DNA of 64,000 nt from Macrostomum lignano (Eukaryota): positions 62,001 to 126,000 of the forward strand of contig NIVC01001502.1 in assembly GCA_002269645.1 (NCBI GenBank), given 5' to 3'. A program made the translations under genes and the position numbers. Numbering within the stretch: the first letter of the stretch is position 1; each line of letters begins with the position of its first letter. Under the pieces are notes generated by a model. The model was not told the DNA's origin and did no database searches. It saw nothing but the letters and a program-made list of their open reading frames with translations. Positions 34,310 to 47,845 of this stretch are shown here, piece after piece.

Positions 34310-34920
34310 GGGTGTCTTTAGGTCATCCTAACAGTGTCTATAGATCACCCTAACGGTGACTATAGATCACCTCAAAAGTGTTTATAGATCATCCTAACGG
34401 TGTCTATAGGTCACCCTAACGGTGTCTTTAGATCATCCTAACAGTGTCTATAGATCACCTCAAAAGTGTTTATAGATCATCCTAACGGTGTCTATTGATC
34501 ATCCTAACGGTGTCTTTAGGTCATCCTAACAGTGTCTACAGATCACCTAATAGTGTCTATAGATCATTCTAACGGTGTCTACAGATCACCCTAACGGTGT
34601 CTTTAGATCATCCTAACAGTGTCTATAGATCACCTCAAAAGTGTTTATAGATCACCCTAACGGCGTCTATAGATCATCCTAACGGCGTCTATAGATCAGC
34701 CTAACGGTGTCTACAGATCACCCTAATAGTGTCTATAGATCATTCTAACGTGTCTACAGATCACCCTAACGGTATCTATAGATCACCTAAACAATGTTTA
34801 TATAAATCACCCTAACGGTGTCCATAGATCACCCTAACGGTGTCTATAGGTCACCCTAGCGGTGTCTATAGATCGTCGTAACGATGTCTATAGATGTCCT
34901 AACGGCGTCTATACGAGCGT
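34310..34920. repeat. 22-bp minisatellite (gtctatagatcaccctaacggt)
   Basis: Degenerate units visible. Confidence 0.9.
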
Positions 34921-35494
34921 AGATAATATATAAAAATCCTGATAGTGTATCTAAAGTGTTTAATGCAGGATCATCTAAATCTGGGCAATGTTTATAGGCA
35001 AAGCGCCCTTCAAATTTGCAATTATCCTATCAAATAAAATGTGACAATTAATTAATTATCCAGCAGCAGGCCTTCTTATGTTCAGTGCGATAAAAAAGCA
35101 CCCCGGTAGCTTTTGCAGCCAATTATTTTCTACGAGTAATAGGTAATAAAAATACGCTGTTAATACTACTATCAGCGACACATCCGGTACCCAGTGCTTT
35201 TGTTATACACTCGGTCAGAATAGCAAGCATATAGTTAGCCTAATTTTCTCTATATCTTTACATCCATATATGTTTACTAAGTAATAGTATGATCAACTAT
35301 AACCTTTGTTGCTTGTATTCGTTCTCTCTAACGTTTGATTCTCAACATTGCTGCTCCTTAATAACAATATACTGATACTGAAGGTAAGTGAAGCTACTTG
35401 TTGTTATCGGGCGCAATTTGTTGAGTAAATGTTTTCAAATTAACTTTGCCTGTTTTCTGTCTTGGTAATTTCATGACCCTGCTGCATAGATTAA

Positions 35495-36050
35495 CGGTAG
35501 CTTAACTTCAGGAGGCGCCAATTTCTCCTCAGTTCCTTCAGGTAGCGCCAGTTTCTCCTCAGTTCCTTCAGGTAGCGCCAATTTCTCCTCAGTTCCTTCA
35601 GATAGCGCCGCTTTCTCCTCAGTTCCTTCAGATAGCGCCACTTTCTCCTCAGTTCCTTCAGATAGCGCCACTTTCTCCTCAGTTCCTTCAGATAGCACCA
35701 CTTTCTCCTAAGTTCCTTCAGATAGCGCCACTTTCTCCTCAGTTCCTTCAGATAGCACCACTTTCTCCTAAGTTCCTTCAGATAGCGCCACTTTCTCCTC
35801 AGTTCCTTCAGATAGCGCCACTTTCTCCTGAGTTCCTTCAGATAGCGCCAGTTTCTCCTCAGTTCCTTCAGATAGCGCCAGTTTCTCCTCAGTTCCTTCA
35901 GATAGCGCCACTTTCTCCTCAGTTCCTTCAGATAGCGCCACTTTCTCCTCAGTTCGTTCAGGAAGCGCCATTACCTCCTCAGTTCCTTCAAGAAGCGCCA
36001 CTACCTCTTCAGTGCCTTCAGGAGCCACAACCTGATGTCCTTCAGATAGC
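35495..36050. repeat. 30-bp minisatellite (reads ALSEGTEEKV on the - strand; two TAG stops)
   Basis: About 18 units with no indels seen. Confidence 0.9.
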
Positions 36051-36563
36051 GCCCTAGCTCCTGAGACCAGGATGGAGCTACATGTAATAATATAAAAATC
36101 AAAACAATTTCAAAATTTAGCAGTGTGTAAACCGCTCCAGTTGTCATAATACTCGTAATTAATATAAAATTGGTGTACATTCAATTACACTACAGTTGCT
36201 AAAAGGTACTTGAAGATATACTAATACATGTATTTGTATAACCAATAGCATTGATCAACAATAGCATTATTTTATTACCAAAATAGAATTCAGAATTTTT
36301 TCTTAAAAATGGCTCCATTGGAAATTAATAAAAATTAACAGCGAAACACGGGTTGGTTTTGCGACTTATTGCAATGGGCTGTCTGCATGTTGAATGTACA
36401 TGTAGTAGGTGTACGAAACCTGCTGGGGCGGAGTATTTGTGTCAGATAAACGGTCAGTGATGCCGACATTTTGATATCGTATGTACATACATGTACACGC
36501 CTTCGAAAGTGGAAATATTTCTCTTGTTAACACTGAAATCGGATCTATCGCCTTCTTCGCGAA

Positions 36564-36767
36564 TCACGAGGCGCTCGGAACAGCAGCAGGACGGTGGATG
36601 ACCAGCGTCATGTCGCCCACGACGGCCTTTAGGATGGCAACAGCTTCATCGTGGGAGAGGCCGTCGAGGGAGCGGCCGTTCACAAAATCAATGCGGTCTC
36701 CTTTGAACAGCAGATTCTTGGCGGCGGATTCGTCAGTCACAGTGCGAACGTAGATTGGATGATCACC
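36564..36767 (-). CDS. MPDZ: Multi-PDZ scaffold (MPDZ/PATJ-like), terminal exon, last PDZ domain
   Basis: GDHPIYVRTVTDESAAKNLLFKGDRIDFVNGRSLDGLSHDEAVAILK resembles MPDZ PDZ13; acceptor CACAG, stop TGA. Confidence 0.9.
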   Translation of the reverse strand, partial: GDHPIYVRTVTDESAAKNLLFKGDRIDFVNGRSLDGLSHDEAVAILKAVVGDMTLVIHRPAAVPSAS

Positions 36768-36859
36768 CTGTGGAAGGCAGTTTCCTTGGCATTGCAGCAA
36801 TTACAGTAGCTCAGTGTGCGTACATGTACACACTGCAGACCCTTCTAGGCCACACTCGC

Positions 36860-37505
36860 CCCCCAGTTTCACCAGGGCCGTTCCCTACCCCTTCCATTGC
36901 CCAAGGTCACACTCGTCCCCTAGTGTACACCGGGACCATTCCTTACCCCATCTCTCGCCCAAGGTCACACTCGTCCCCTAGTGTACACCGGGACCATTCC
37001 TTACCCCATCTCTCGCCCAAGGTCACACTCGTCCCCCAGTGTACACCCGAGACCATTCCCTACCCCTTCCCTTACCCAAGGCCACACTCGTCCCCCAGTG
37101 TACACCCGAGACCATTCCCTACCCCTTCCCTTACCCAAGGCCACACTCGTCCCCCAGTGTACACCCGAGACCATTCCCTACCCCTTCCCTTACCCAAGGC
37201 CACACTTGGCCCGCGGTGTACACCCGAGACAATTCCCTACCCCTTCCCTTACCCAAGGCCACACTCGGCCCCCAGTGTACACCCGAGACAATTCCCTACC
37301 CCTTCCCTTACCCAAGGCCACACTCGGCCCCCAGTGTACACCCGAGACCATTCCCTACCCCTTCCCTTACCCAAGGCCACACTCGGCCCCCAGTGTACAC
37401 CCGAGACCATTCCCTACCCTTCCCTTACCCAAGGCCACACTCGGCCCCCAGTGTACACCCGAGACCATTCCCTACCCCTTCCTTTGCCACACACTCGTCC
37501 CCCAG
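36860..37505. repeat. 59-bp intronic minisatellite
   Basis: Period 59 (37081, 37140, 37199). Confidence 0.9.
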
Positions 37506-37514
37506 CGCACGCAC

Positions 37515-37745
37515 CTGAGGCGTGCCCCGGCCTCCGACAATGCTGAAGCCAAGCATGCCGTGCCGGCTGGAGTTCCTGATCAGCTTAACTGTCAGTCGGC
37601 CCGCCAGCTCTTCCCAGCGGCGAAATCTGAGCAGGACCGAGCCGGCCTGGTCAGTGCCAACGTGCCGGTCGATTAGCTGATTAGCCTCTTCAATTGTCAT
37701 TCCATCGACTAGATTTTCATTCACGCTAAATAATTCGTCGTCGGG
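37515..37745 (-). CDS. MPDZ: MPDZ-like exon (end of penultimate PDZ, start of last PDZ)
   Basis: PDDELFSVNE...LGFSIVGGRGTPQ; 231 nt, phase 0/0, AG/GT boundaries. Confidence 0.88.
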
Positions 37746-37841
37746 CTTAAAATGGAAAATAAAGACGTTTGGTATTGAAACGCCTGTGCTTGAGATATTG
37801 AAAGGTTTGGTGCTATAAAATTCTAAAAGTGAAAAATTTAC

Positions 37842-38020
37842 CCGAATTTTTCCCGACTTGATAGCCGGCCCGTCGTTCTCGAGGTTGCTAACAAAGATGC
37901 CCTGATGCGGTGCGGCGCCCTGAGCAGGGGCGTCCAACATGTGAGACGGCTGCGAGGTGAATTTGATCCCCAGCTCGCTAGCGGATCTGCTTTGCAGGTT
38001 CACTTCGTACACGGTGAACG
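37842..38020 (-). CDS. MPDZ: MPDZ-like exon (start of penultimate, degenerate PDZ)
   Basis: FTVYEVNLQSRSASELGIKF...QGIFVSNLENDGPAIKSGKIR; phase 1/0. Confidence 0.85.
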
Positions 38021-38604
38021 CTGCGGGTCGATGGCAGTGATAGAGGATTCAGTCTAAACGAGACTGCGTGAACTGATGATGACGTCATATTTAGGCTGAA
38101 GAATAGACAACAGCTATGCAAATTGTTTCGTACTGTTAATGTACGTGTATTGGGACAATATACGCAAGCAGAATAGAAAATTGGGATGAAATAAATTTGG
38201 CAAACTAATATAAAAGCATTATGACGCTTTTGTTAATTCTGCGGAAACCTCAAATTTCTATACTGATAGGCCTATCAAGTTCAAGAAGGCACAAACCGGT
38301 TAACTCCAATATAAGAGTCTAAAATTGACAGTTTAAAATGCCAAACAATATCACGTACACATGACATAATAGGCTATGCGCATTGCAAACCATCATACGA
38401 GACTTGTGCACCAAACACATTGATAGATAACAAAAGAAAGTTATTGAGAAACTATATATGTACCAAATGTATGAATATATATGTACCAAGTGTATGTACA
38501 TGTATTTTTGTCTATTATACTAAGGTATTAGTTACAAAAAATCAACCAGTCACCGCCTTTTTCTCAAAGGGAAAGAGAATATCACGACTCACAAGTACAT
38601 AGTC

Positions 38605-38720
38605 AAATTTTTCTCTGCCCCCGATAGTGTACATGCAACCCCTCCCCTCCTTTCTCTGCCCGGATAGTGTACATGCAACCCCTCCCCTCCTTTCTCTGCC
38701 CGGATAGTGTACATGCAACC
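38605..38720. repeat. ~40-bp repeat, 3 copies plus degenerate relatives to ~38900
   Basis: tttctctgcccggatagtgtacatgcaacccctcccctcc recurs. Confidence 0.8.
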
Positions 38721-39782
38721 CCTCCTTTGTCTGCCCCCATCGTAGGTGTGAAGCGAACTCAATGTACATACATCTATAAGCCTGCCTTCTCTGCCCACGG
38801 CTCCAAACCTAACGGGCGCAATGTACATACAACACGTCTCTCCTTTTCTGCCCCGGTCTAAAAAAGGGGTGTGCAATGTACATACGATTCCTCCTTCCAT
38901 CCATTTTTCTGCCCCTGCCCAAGTCCTTTAACTCCAACTAGATAAGGCGAGGCGTACAAAATAAAGAGAGAAATAATGAAAAAACAAGCGATCGATATAC
39001 TGCAAGCCTAAACAAGCAGATTTTACCGCAACTATAATTTAACCAGACTTAATAGCGAACCAGCGACAAACTCGAATTACACGAATTACTTGCGTGTAGT
39101 ATTATATTAATTAATAACTAAGAAAACCGAGCTTCGATTATTTAAACCGTGCTACGATAGAATTATTTAACTCAATAGGGCAGTAATATTGATAAAAGTT
39201 TCGTCAGTCACAACAATATTGTCCAAACAATAAAATAGATCAGTTTCTATAGTTCCAGCAGAACTACTAATATAAGATATAAGTGGATAGAAAGAGACAA
39301 ATGACTGCAACATCTACAAGAATTCTAACCTTTTTTGATTGACGGAGAACAGCCAGTCTCAGTCGGTTTCATAGTTTTTTTCGAAATCAAATGAAGAGCC
39401 AAAAATCTTTTTTCCTAATTTTTTTAATTTTTTCTAAGCTTTAATCTAAGACAAATTTAATCATATTGATTGACCAATTGATTGATTGATTGAAAGCAAT
39501 TCCAGCAAAAATGATTGGCTGTACAGATCGCGAGATTTAGTGGCCTAGTGATTCGCGAAGTTTTTTAAAATCCACCTGGAGACAAGGAGAAAAATGAATT
39601 AAAAGGTAGTAAATAATCAATGTTTTTTATTAATAAATATTTCCAACTGTATAATACAAACGTACGATATATAAACTATAAACGAGTACAATATCAATTT
39701 AAAATTCATCGCAGCATCATGTCTCAGTGTGCCTACTTGAACCAGTAGGTCAATCAGCAAATGTTTGATAAAAGCTCGTCAA

Positions 39783-39813
<31 letters not shown>

Positions 39814-39966
39814 CAGGTATTAAATGGTGATAATCAATTATATTTATAGTTTTTTTCTGACAAAATATTCTGAATAAAATTCAATAACAGGGTGCATCAT
39901 GCTAACGCCAGATTTCAACAAAAATCCGAGTAATTTAACGGATTTAATTTGTTTAAATGAGCTTAC

Positions 39967-40042
39967 CAGCTTTGCGTTTGGACTTCACCACGCCGACGTG
40001 TTTCAGGCGACCAATTAAAAAGCTGACTTTGCCCTGGGAAGA
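39967..40042 (-). CDS. MPDZ: MPDZ-like small exon
   Basis: SSQGKVSFLIGRLKHVGVVKSKRKA; phase 0/1 fits its neighbours; donor GTAAGC. Confidence 0.85.
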
Positions 40043-40099
40043 CTGCAAATTGGCGGCAAATTGGGGCGCTATTTGGTTAATAAATATTTGCTTTGTAAT

Positions 40100-40265
40100 A
40101 GGTATCTCAACTGTCTAACCGGTATCTCACCAGTATCTAACCAGTATCTAACCAGTATCTCACCAGTATCTCACCAGTATCTAACCAGTATCTAACCTGT
40201 ATCTAACCAGTATCTCACCAGTATCTAACCTGTTGCTCACTTGTTAAACCGGTGTGTTATCTGTC
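40100..40265. repeat. 11-bp intronic repeat (accagtatcta/c)
   Basis: Units visible. Confidence 0.8.
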
Positions 40266-40364
40266 TAACCGGTATAAAATGTCAAAATTATTTAACCTCC
40301 TAACTTGCATGTATCTAACATGGTAACTTCACCAGTCCAACCGGTATCTCACAATGTCACCCAC

Positions 40365-40481
40365 CTTAAGAATGGTGGCCACCTCGGCGTGAGGCGTCTT
40401 TCGCATGTCCCTGCCGTTGACCTCTAGAATCCTGTCTCCCGGTTGCAGGCGCTTGTCGCTTTCGGCCACGCCGCCTTTGAT
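40365..40481 (-). CDS. MPDZ: MPDZ-like exon (PDZ11-like C-terminal half)
   Basis: IKGGVAESDKRLQPGDRILEVNGRDMRKTPHAEVATILK; phase 0/0. Confidence 0.92.
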
Positions 40482-40714
40482 CTGAAGTTTGTTTTATAAT
40501 TTTATAAATGCTGCTACTCTCTATTACTGTACACTATTTTTTAATTAGTAGACTAACTGTGCATGTTTAACCATTTTTGGTCCGACAATAATATGCTTAG
40601 AGGCGCAGCTGCCTCGCGGCTTGCGACACCCTAATGCGAAAGTGACACTTATTTGTATACCTCCTGACACATCCTGACATATATGAACAAACATCCTGAC
40701 AGACAGGTACACAC

Positions 40715-40865
40715 GTCTTGACACTAATGTACACACATCCTGACACTAATGTACACACATCCTGACACTAATGTACACACATCCTGACACTAATGTACAC
40801 ACATCCTGACACTAATGTACACACATCCTAATACTAATGTAAAAACATCCTGACACTAATTTAAA
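40715..40865. repeat. 22-bp intronic repeat (acatcctgacactaatgtacac)
   Basis: Units visible. Confidence 0.85.
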
Positions 40866-41012
40866 AACCTTAGACTGCCATGTTTGCGCCACCTAGCATA
40901 ACTGCATGCTTAGGCGCCACATATAGGTAGCCTAAGCGTTTCCCCGATATGTATTGAAATAAATATTCCTCACTACGAACAGAAACAGTAAGCCGCAGTG
41001 CAGCTAACTCAC

Positions 41013-41321
41013 AATATCGGACACTAGCACGCCTTCGTCATTGGAGCGGGCCACAATGCTGAACCCGAGCCCCATGCCCTGCTTCCTGGTCAGCTCAATG
41101 CGCAGCTTATCGTACAGATCGTCCTCCGTGATCTCCTTGTCGTCGCGCCAGACTCGAAGCTTCACACGCGGCCCAGCCTGTAAGATAATATTTTTTGCTT
41201 CCTCGTGCGTCACGTTAGACAAGTCGCGATCGTCGACGCTGAGAATCTGGTCGCCGGCCCACAGTCGGCGGTCCTTCCACGCCGCTCCAGTGTCGTAAAC
41301 TTCGTGAATGACGATCGCGTT
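41013..41321 (-). CDS. MPDZ: MPDZ-like exon (PDZ10-like C-half and PDZ11-like N-half)
   Basis: NAIVIHEVYDTGAAWKDRRLWAGDQIL...KQGMGLGFSIVARSNDEGVLVSDI; strong resemblance to MPDZ PDZ10-11. Confidence 0.93.
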
Positions 41322-41497
41322 CTGCGCGCAGGGACGGCAATGAAATTCTTATTTAGTCGTTTATAAATTGTTTTTGTCCTTTAATGCAGTAATTTGCTGT
41401 TTATACTACTGATGATGTTGACTATCAGTAGCGTAATTAACATATCATGCTGGTTTTTGTTTTTTTCTGAATTTTATTCCCGACTTCCTCTCGGACA

Positions 41498-42172
41498 GCA
41501 TCTTTGGCGCCCCCTCTGCAGCATCTTTGGCGCCCCCTCTGCAGTAGCTTTGGCGCCCCCTCTGCTGTAGCTTTGGCGCCCCCTCTGCAGCATCTTTGGC
41601 GTCCCTCTGCAGTAGCTTTGGCGTCCCTCTGCAGTAGCTTTGGCGCCCCCTCTGCAGCATCTTTGGCGTCCCTCTGCAGTAGCTTTGGCGCCCCCTCTGC
41701 AGTAACCTTGGCGCCCCTTTTGCAGTAGCTTTGGCACCCCCCTCTGCAGTAGCCTTGGCGCCCCCTCTGCAGCATCTTTGGCGCCCCCTCTGCAGTAGCT
41801 TTGGCGCCCCCTCTGCAGTAGCTTTGGCGCCCCCTCTGCTGTAGCTTTGGCGCCCCCTCTGCAGCATCTTTGGCGCCCCCTCTGCAGTAGCCTTAGCGCC
41901 CCCTCTGCTGTAGCTTTGGCGCCCCCTTTGCAGTAACCTTGGCGCCCCCTCTGCAGTAGCCTTGGCGCCCCCTCTGCAGTAGCTTTGGCGCCCCCTCTGC
42001 TGTAGCTTTGGCGCCCCCTCTGCAGCATCTTTGGCGCCCCCTCTGCAGTAGCCTTGGCGCCCCCTCTGCTGTAGCTTTGGCGCCCCCTTTGCAGTAACCT
42101 TGGCGCCCCCTCTGCAGTAGCCTTGGCGCCCCCTCTGCAGTAGCCTTGGCGCCCCCTCTGCAGTAGCTTTGG
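41498..42172. repeat. 23-bp minisatellite (ctttggcgccccctctgcagtag); shorter copy at 44631-44824
   Basis: Units visible. Confidence 0.95.
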
Positions 42173-42715
42173 CGATCAATAGAGTAGAGTGATCGGCAGT
42201 AAACAGAGTTTTTACTGAAGTTAAAAAACTTGATATTTTGTCAGAAAATATTAGAAAAATGCATGAGTAATAGGAAAAGAAAATGGATGACGGTCGCAAT
42301 TACAAGGGATCGAAATGTGCATAGCAATTCTTTCTAATCAGACTTTTCTTCAGACAAGAAAGTCAACTTGCCGAGCACAGGGTCTCATGAAGTCCTATGG
42401 GAGGCGAATATCTTAATCAGAAGGGAAAGATTAAGGCTCAGGCTATCTATCACGCATCTGTGCCCCCCCCCCCCTAGCGAGCATGTCATTACTGCGGTAC
42501 TCGGCACTAATTTACCGCGTTCCCCAGTCCACAGCTGAGACCGCCCATCCCCCAAGTGGCCCATGCACTCTCCTCTTGATCTGGGGGAGACTAATTATCT
42601 ATTCGAGAATTAGAAAAGACGGAGGGACAGATGGCTCGGGTAGATAACAATTAATGAGATTAGGCAGGAAAGATTCATTGGGAAGTCTCCGATTCGCTTT
42701 CTGGGAGAGCAAACA

Positions 42716-44120
42716 CTGCCTGTCTCTTAATCCACCTGTCTCTTAATCCACCTGTCTCTTAATCCATCTGTCTCTTAATCTACCTGTCTCTTAATCCACC
42801 TGTCTCTTAATCCACCTGTCTCTTAATCCACCTGTCTCTTAATCCACCTGTCTCTTAATCCACCTGTCTCTTAATCCACCTGTCTCTTAACCTACCTGTC
42901 TCATAATCCACCTGTCTCTTAACCTGCCTGTCTCTTAACCTACCTGCCTCTTAACCTACCTGCCTCTTAACCTACCTGCCTCTTAACCTACCTGTCTCTT
43001 AACCTACCTGTCTCTTAATCCACCCGTCTCTTAATCTACCTGTCTCTTAATCCATCTGTCTCTTAACCTACCTGTCTCTTAATCCATCTGTCTCTTAATC
43101 CACCTGTCTCTTAATCCATCTGTCTCTTAATCCACCTGTCTCTTAACCTACCTGTCTCATAATCCACCTGTCTCTTAACCTGCCTGTCTCTTAACCTACC
43201 TGCCTCTTAACCTACCTGCCTCTTAACCTACCTGCCTCTTAACCTACCTGTCTCTTAACCTACCTGTCTCTTAATCCACCTGTCTCTTAATCCACCTGTC
43301 TCTTAATCCACCTGTCTCTTAATCCACCTGTCTCTTAACCTACCTGTCTCATAATCCACCTGTCTCTTAACCTGCCTGTCTCTTAACCTACCTGCCTCTT
43401 AACCTACCTGCCTCTTAACCTACCTGCCTCTTAACCTACCTGTCTCTTAACCTACCTGTCTCTTAATCCACCCGTCTCTTAATCTACCTGTCTCTTAATC
43501 CATCTGTCTCTTAACCTACCTGTCTCTTAATCCACCTGTCTCATAATCCACCTGTCTCATAATCCACCTGTCTCTTAACCTACCTGTCTCTTAACCTACC
43601 TGTCTCTTAACCTACCTGTCTCTTAACCTACCTGTCTCTTAACCTACCTGTCTCTTAACCTACCTGTCTCTTAATCCACCTGTCTCATAATCCACCTGTC
43701 TCTTAACCTGCCTGTCTCTTAACCTACCTGTCTCTTAACCTACCTGTCTCTTAATCCACCTGTCTCATAATCCACCTGTCTCTTAACCTGCCTGTCTCTT
43801 AACCTACCTGTCTCTTAATCCACCTGTCTCTTAACCTGCCTGTCTCTTAACCTACCTGCCTCTTAACCTACCTGCCTCTTAACCTACCTGTCTCTTAACC
43901 TACCTTACCTGCCTCTTAACCTACCTGCCTCTTAACCTACCTGTCTCTTAACCTACCTTACCTGCCTCTTAACCTACCTGCCTCTTAACCTACCTGTCTC
44001 TTAACTTACCTGTCTCATAATCCACCTGTATCATAATCAACCTGTCTCATAATCCACCTGTCTCCTAATCTTGTCTCTTAATCCACCTGTCTCTTAATCT
44101 ACCTGTTTCTTAATCCCTAT
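42716..44120. repeat. 16-bp minisatellite (ccacctgtctcttaat); second copy at ~45365-46655
   Basis: Units visible. Confidence 0.95.
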
Positions 44121-44411
44121 GTCTCAACTGGAAATATTTCAGAATACTGCACTGCAATGCCTGATTGCTGACCGACTCTCTTAATCAGCACTTCCTAAGC
44201 TCAGCGAGTGAACCAGGAGAGTCAGAGAGTGTCGGGTTGCCGTGTAGGGGATGCACATGAGAGTGTTTTTGGGGATGCCATCATGGTGTCTGCCTGAGCT
44301 GGTTCCCTCGGCTCTTCAATCAATGCCATTTTCACAGCAATTTCGAGTGAGACACTTCTGGTACGCCTCGCTTTGCTCCAGTGGCGCTCGCAAACAGCTC
44401 TCTCAGCCCGT

Positions 44412-44425
44412 GTTTCCATAGCAAC
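44412..44425. promoter_or_regulatory. RFX X-box motif GTTTCCATAGCAAC (copy 1)
   Basis: Matches the GTNRCC-AT-RGYAAC-type consensus with one deviation; function untested. Confidence 0.4.
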
Positions 44426-44572
44426 CAATATAGTAGCTGTTTAATGAGAGCTGTCCTTTCTAGTCCTATTATTCACGTCACTTCGTTCAATCAGCTCGGG
44501 TTTTAGGGTTGTATTGATTCTGGCGAGGGCAGGGACAGACAGACAGACAGAGAGACAGAAAGACAGACACAA

Positions 44573-44622
<50 letters not shown>

Positions 44623-46948
44623 ATAGATAGTAGCTTTGGCGCCCCCTCTGCAGTAGCCTTGGCGCCCCCTCTGCAGCATCTTTGGCGCCCCCTCTGCTGT
44701 AGCTTTGGCGCCCCCTCTGCTGTAGCTTTGGCGCCCCCTCTGCAGTAGCCTTGGCGCCCCCTCTGCAGTAGCCTTGGCGCCCCCTCTGCAGTAGCCTTGG
44801 CGCCCCCTCTGCAGTAGCTTTGGCGATCAATAGAGTAGAGTGATCGGCAGTAAACAGAGTTTTTACTGAAGTTAAAAAACTTGATATTTTGTCAGAAAAT
44901 ATTAGAAAAATGCATGAGTAATAGGAAAAGAAAATGGATGACGGTCGCAATTACAAGGGATCGAAATGTGCATAGCAATTCTTTCTAATCAGACTTTTCT
45001 TCAGACAAGAAAGTCAACTTGCCGAGCACAGGGTCTCATGAAGTCCTATGGGAGGCGAATATCTTAATCAGAAGGGAAAGATTAAGGCTCAGGCTATCTA
45101 TCACGCATCTGTGCCCCCCCCCCTAGCGAGCATGTCATTACTGCGGTACTCGGCACTAATTTACCGCGTTCCCCAGTCCACAGCTGAGACCGCCCATCCC
45201 CCAAGTGGCCCATGCACTCTCCTCTTGATCTGGGGGAGACTAATTATCTATTCGAGAATTAGAAAAGACGGAGGGACAGATGGCTCGGGTAGATAACAAT
45301 TAATGAGATTAGGCAGGAAAGATTCATTGGGAAGTCTCCGATTCGCTTTCTGGGAGAGCAAACACTGCCTGTCTCTTAATCCACCTGTCTCTTAATCCAC
45401 CTGTCTCTTAATCCATCTGTCTCTTAATCTACCTGTCTCTTAATCCACCTGTCTCTTAATCCACCTGTCTCTTAATCCACCTGTCTCTTAATCCACCTGT
45501 CTCTTAACCTACCTGTCTCATAATCCACCTGTCTCTTAACCTGCCTGTCTCTTAACCTACCTGCCTCTTAACCTACCTGCCTCTTAACCTACCTGCCTCT
45601 TAACCTACCTGTCTCTTAACCTACCTGTCTCTTAATCCATCTGTCTCTTAATCCACCTGTCTCTTAATCCATCTGTCTCTTAATCCACCTGTCTCTTAAC
45701 CTACCTGTCTCATAATCCACCTGTCTCTTAACCTGCCTGTCTCTTAACCTACCTGCCTCTTAACCTACCTGCCTCTTAACCTACCTGCCTCTTAACCTAC
45801 CTGTCTCTTAACCTACCTGTCTCTTAATCCACCTGTCTCTTAATCCACCTGTCTCTTAATCCACCTGTCTCTTAACCTACCTGTCTCATAATCCACCTGT
45901 CTCTTAACCTGCCTGTCTCTTAACCTACCTGCCTCTTAACCTACCTGCCTCTTAACCTACCTGCCTCTTAACCTACCTGTCTCTTAACCTACCTGTCTCT
46001 TAATCCACCCGTCTCTTAATCTACCTGTCTCTTAATCCATCTGTCTCTTAACCTACCTGTCTCTTAATCCACCTGTCTCATAATCCACCTGTCTCATAAT
46101 CCACCTGTCTCTTAACCTACCTGTCTCTTAACCTACCTGTCTCTTAACCTACCTGTCTCTTAACCTACCTGTCTCTTAACCTACCTGTCTCTTAACCTAC
46201 CTGTCTCTTAATCCACCTGTCTCATAATCCACCTGTCTCTTAACCTGCCTGTCTCTTAACCTACCTGTCTCTTAACCTACCTGTCTCTTAATCCACCTGT
46301 CTCATAATCCACCTGTCTCTTAACCTGCCTGTCTCTTAACCTACCTGTCTCTTAATCCACCTGTCTCTTAACCTGCCTGTCTCTTAACCTACCTGCCTCT
46401 TAACCTACCTGCCTCTTAACCTACCTGTCTCTTAACCTACCTTACCTGCCTCTTAACCTACCTGCCTCTTAACCTACCTGTCTCTTAACCTACCTTACCT
46501 GCCTCTTAACCTACCTGCCTCTTAACCTACCTGTCTCTTAACTTACCTGTCTCATAATCCACCTGTATCATAATCAACCTGTCTCATAATCCACCTGTCT
46601 CCTAATCTTGTCTCTTAATCCACCTGTCTCTTAATCTACCTGTTTCTTAATCCCTATGTCTCAACTGGAAATATTTCAGAATACTGCACTGCAATGCCTG
46701 ATTGCTGACCGACTCTCTTAATCAGCACTTCCTAAGCTCAGCGAGTGAACCAGGAGAGTCAGAGAGTGTCGGGTTGCCGTGTAGGGGATGCACATGAGAG
46801 TGTTTTTGGGGATGCCATCATGGTGTCTGCCTGAGCTGGTTCCCTCGGCTCTTCAATCAATGCCATTTTCACAGCAATTTCGAGTGAGACACTTCTGGTA
46901 CGCCTCGCTTTGCTCCAGTGGCGCTCGCAAACAGCTCTCTCAGCCCGT

Positions 46949-46962
46949 GTTTCCATAGCAAC
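46949..46962. promoter_or_regulatory. RFX X-box motif GTTTCCATAGCAAC (duplicated copy)
   Basis: Same motif carried in the duplicated segment. Confidence 0.4.
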
Positions 46963-47069
46963 CAATATAGTAGCTGTTTAATGAGAGCTGTCCTTTCTAG
47001 TCCTATTATTCACGTCACTTCGTTCAATCAGCTCGGGTTTTAGGGTTGTATTGATTCTGGCGAGGGCAG

Positions 47070-47410
<341 letters not shown>

Positions 47411-47845
47411 CCGTGTGTCCAGCAAATTGCAGTCTGGGCATTTGGGTCATTCGGGGAGGAACTGTTGCAAAGTCATTCATAGCAACGTCAATATATCAGC
47501 GGCTCTCCATTGATCCCAGAGTGTAATTTTGTTTTGAGCTCATATTATAGCAAGTTCTCTCATTCCACATGCGGACATGAAAAAGGCAGTCAAATCTTCC
47601 GCTGCCACTACAGCCCGCCCTCGGGCGAATCTCGCGCGCATGACTTGTTGAGTTGGGCAATATATTTCATATTACAATATGCAGCCTTCGGCTCAGCGTT
47701 ATAATTCTAACTTAAGCCCGATGAATAAATTAGCAGCTAGAAGAACTGATGGATTCGCCAAGTTTACTAAGATGACTGCAGGGACTTTCTTGGTGCGCAA
47801 TGAACTGTGATTGTTCTACAATCTGAATCTGATACACAGCGGAGT

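Noticed and set aside
41445-44950. 284-aa and 169-aa - strand ORFs (AKATAEGAP repeats)
   Set aside because: 23-bp minisatellite translations within a PDZ-gene intron; they run into different repeats in the two duplicated copies.
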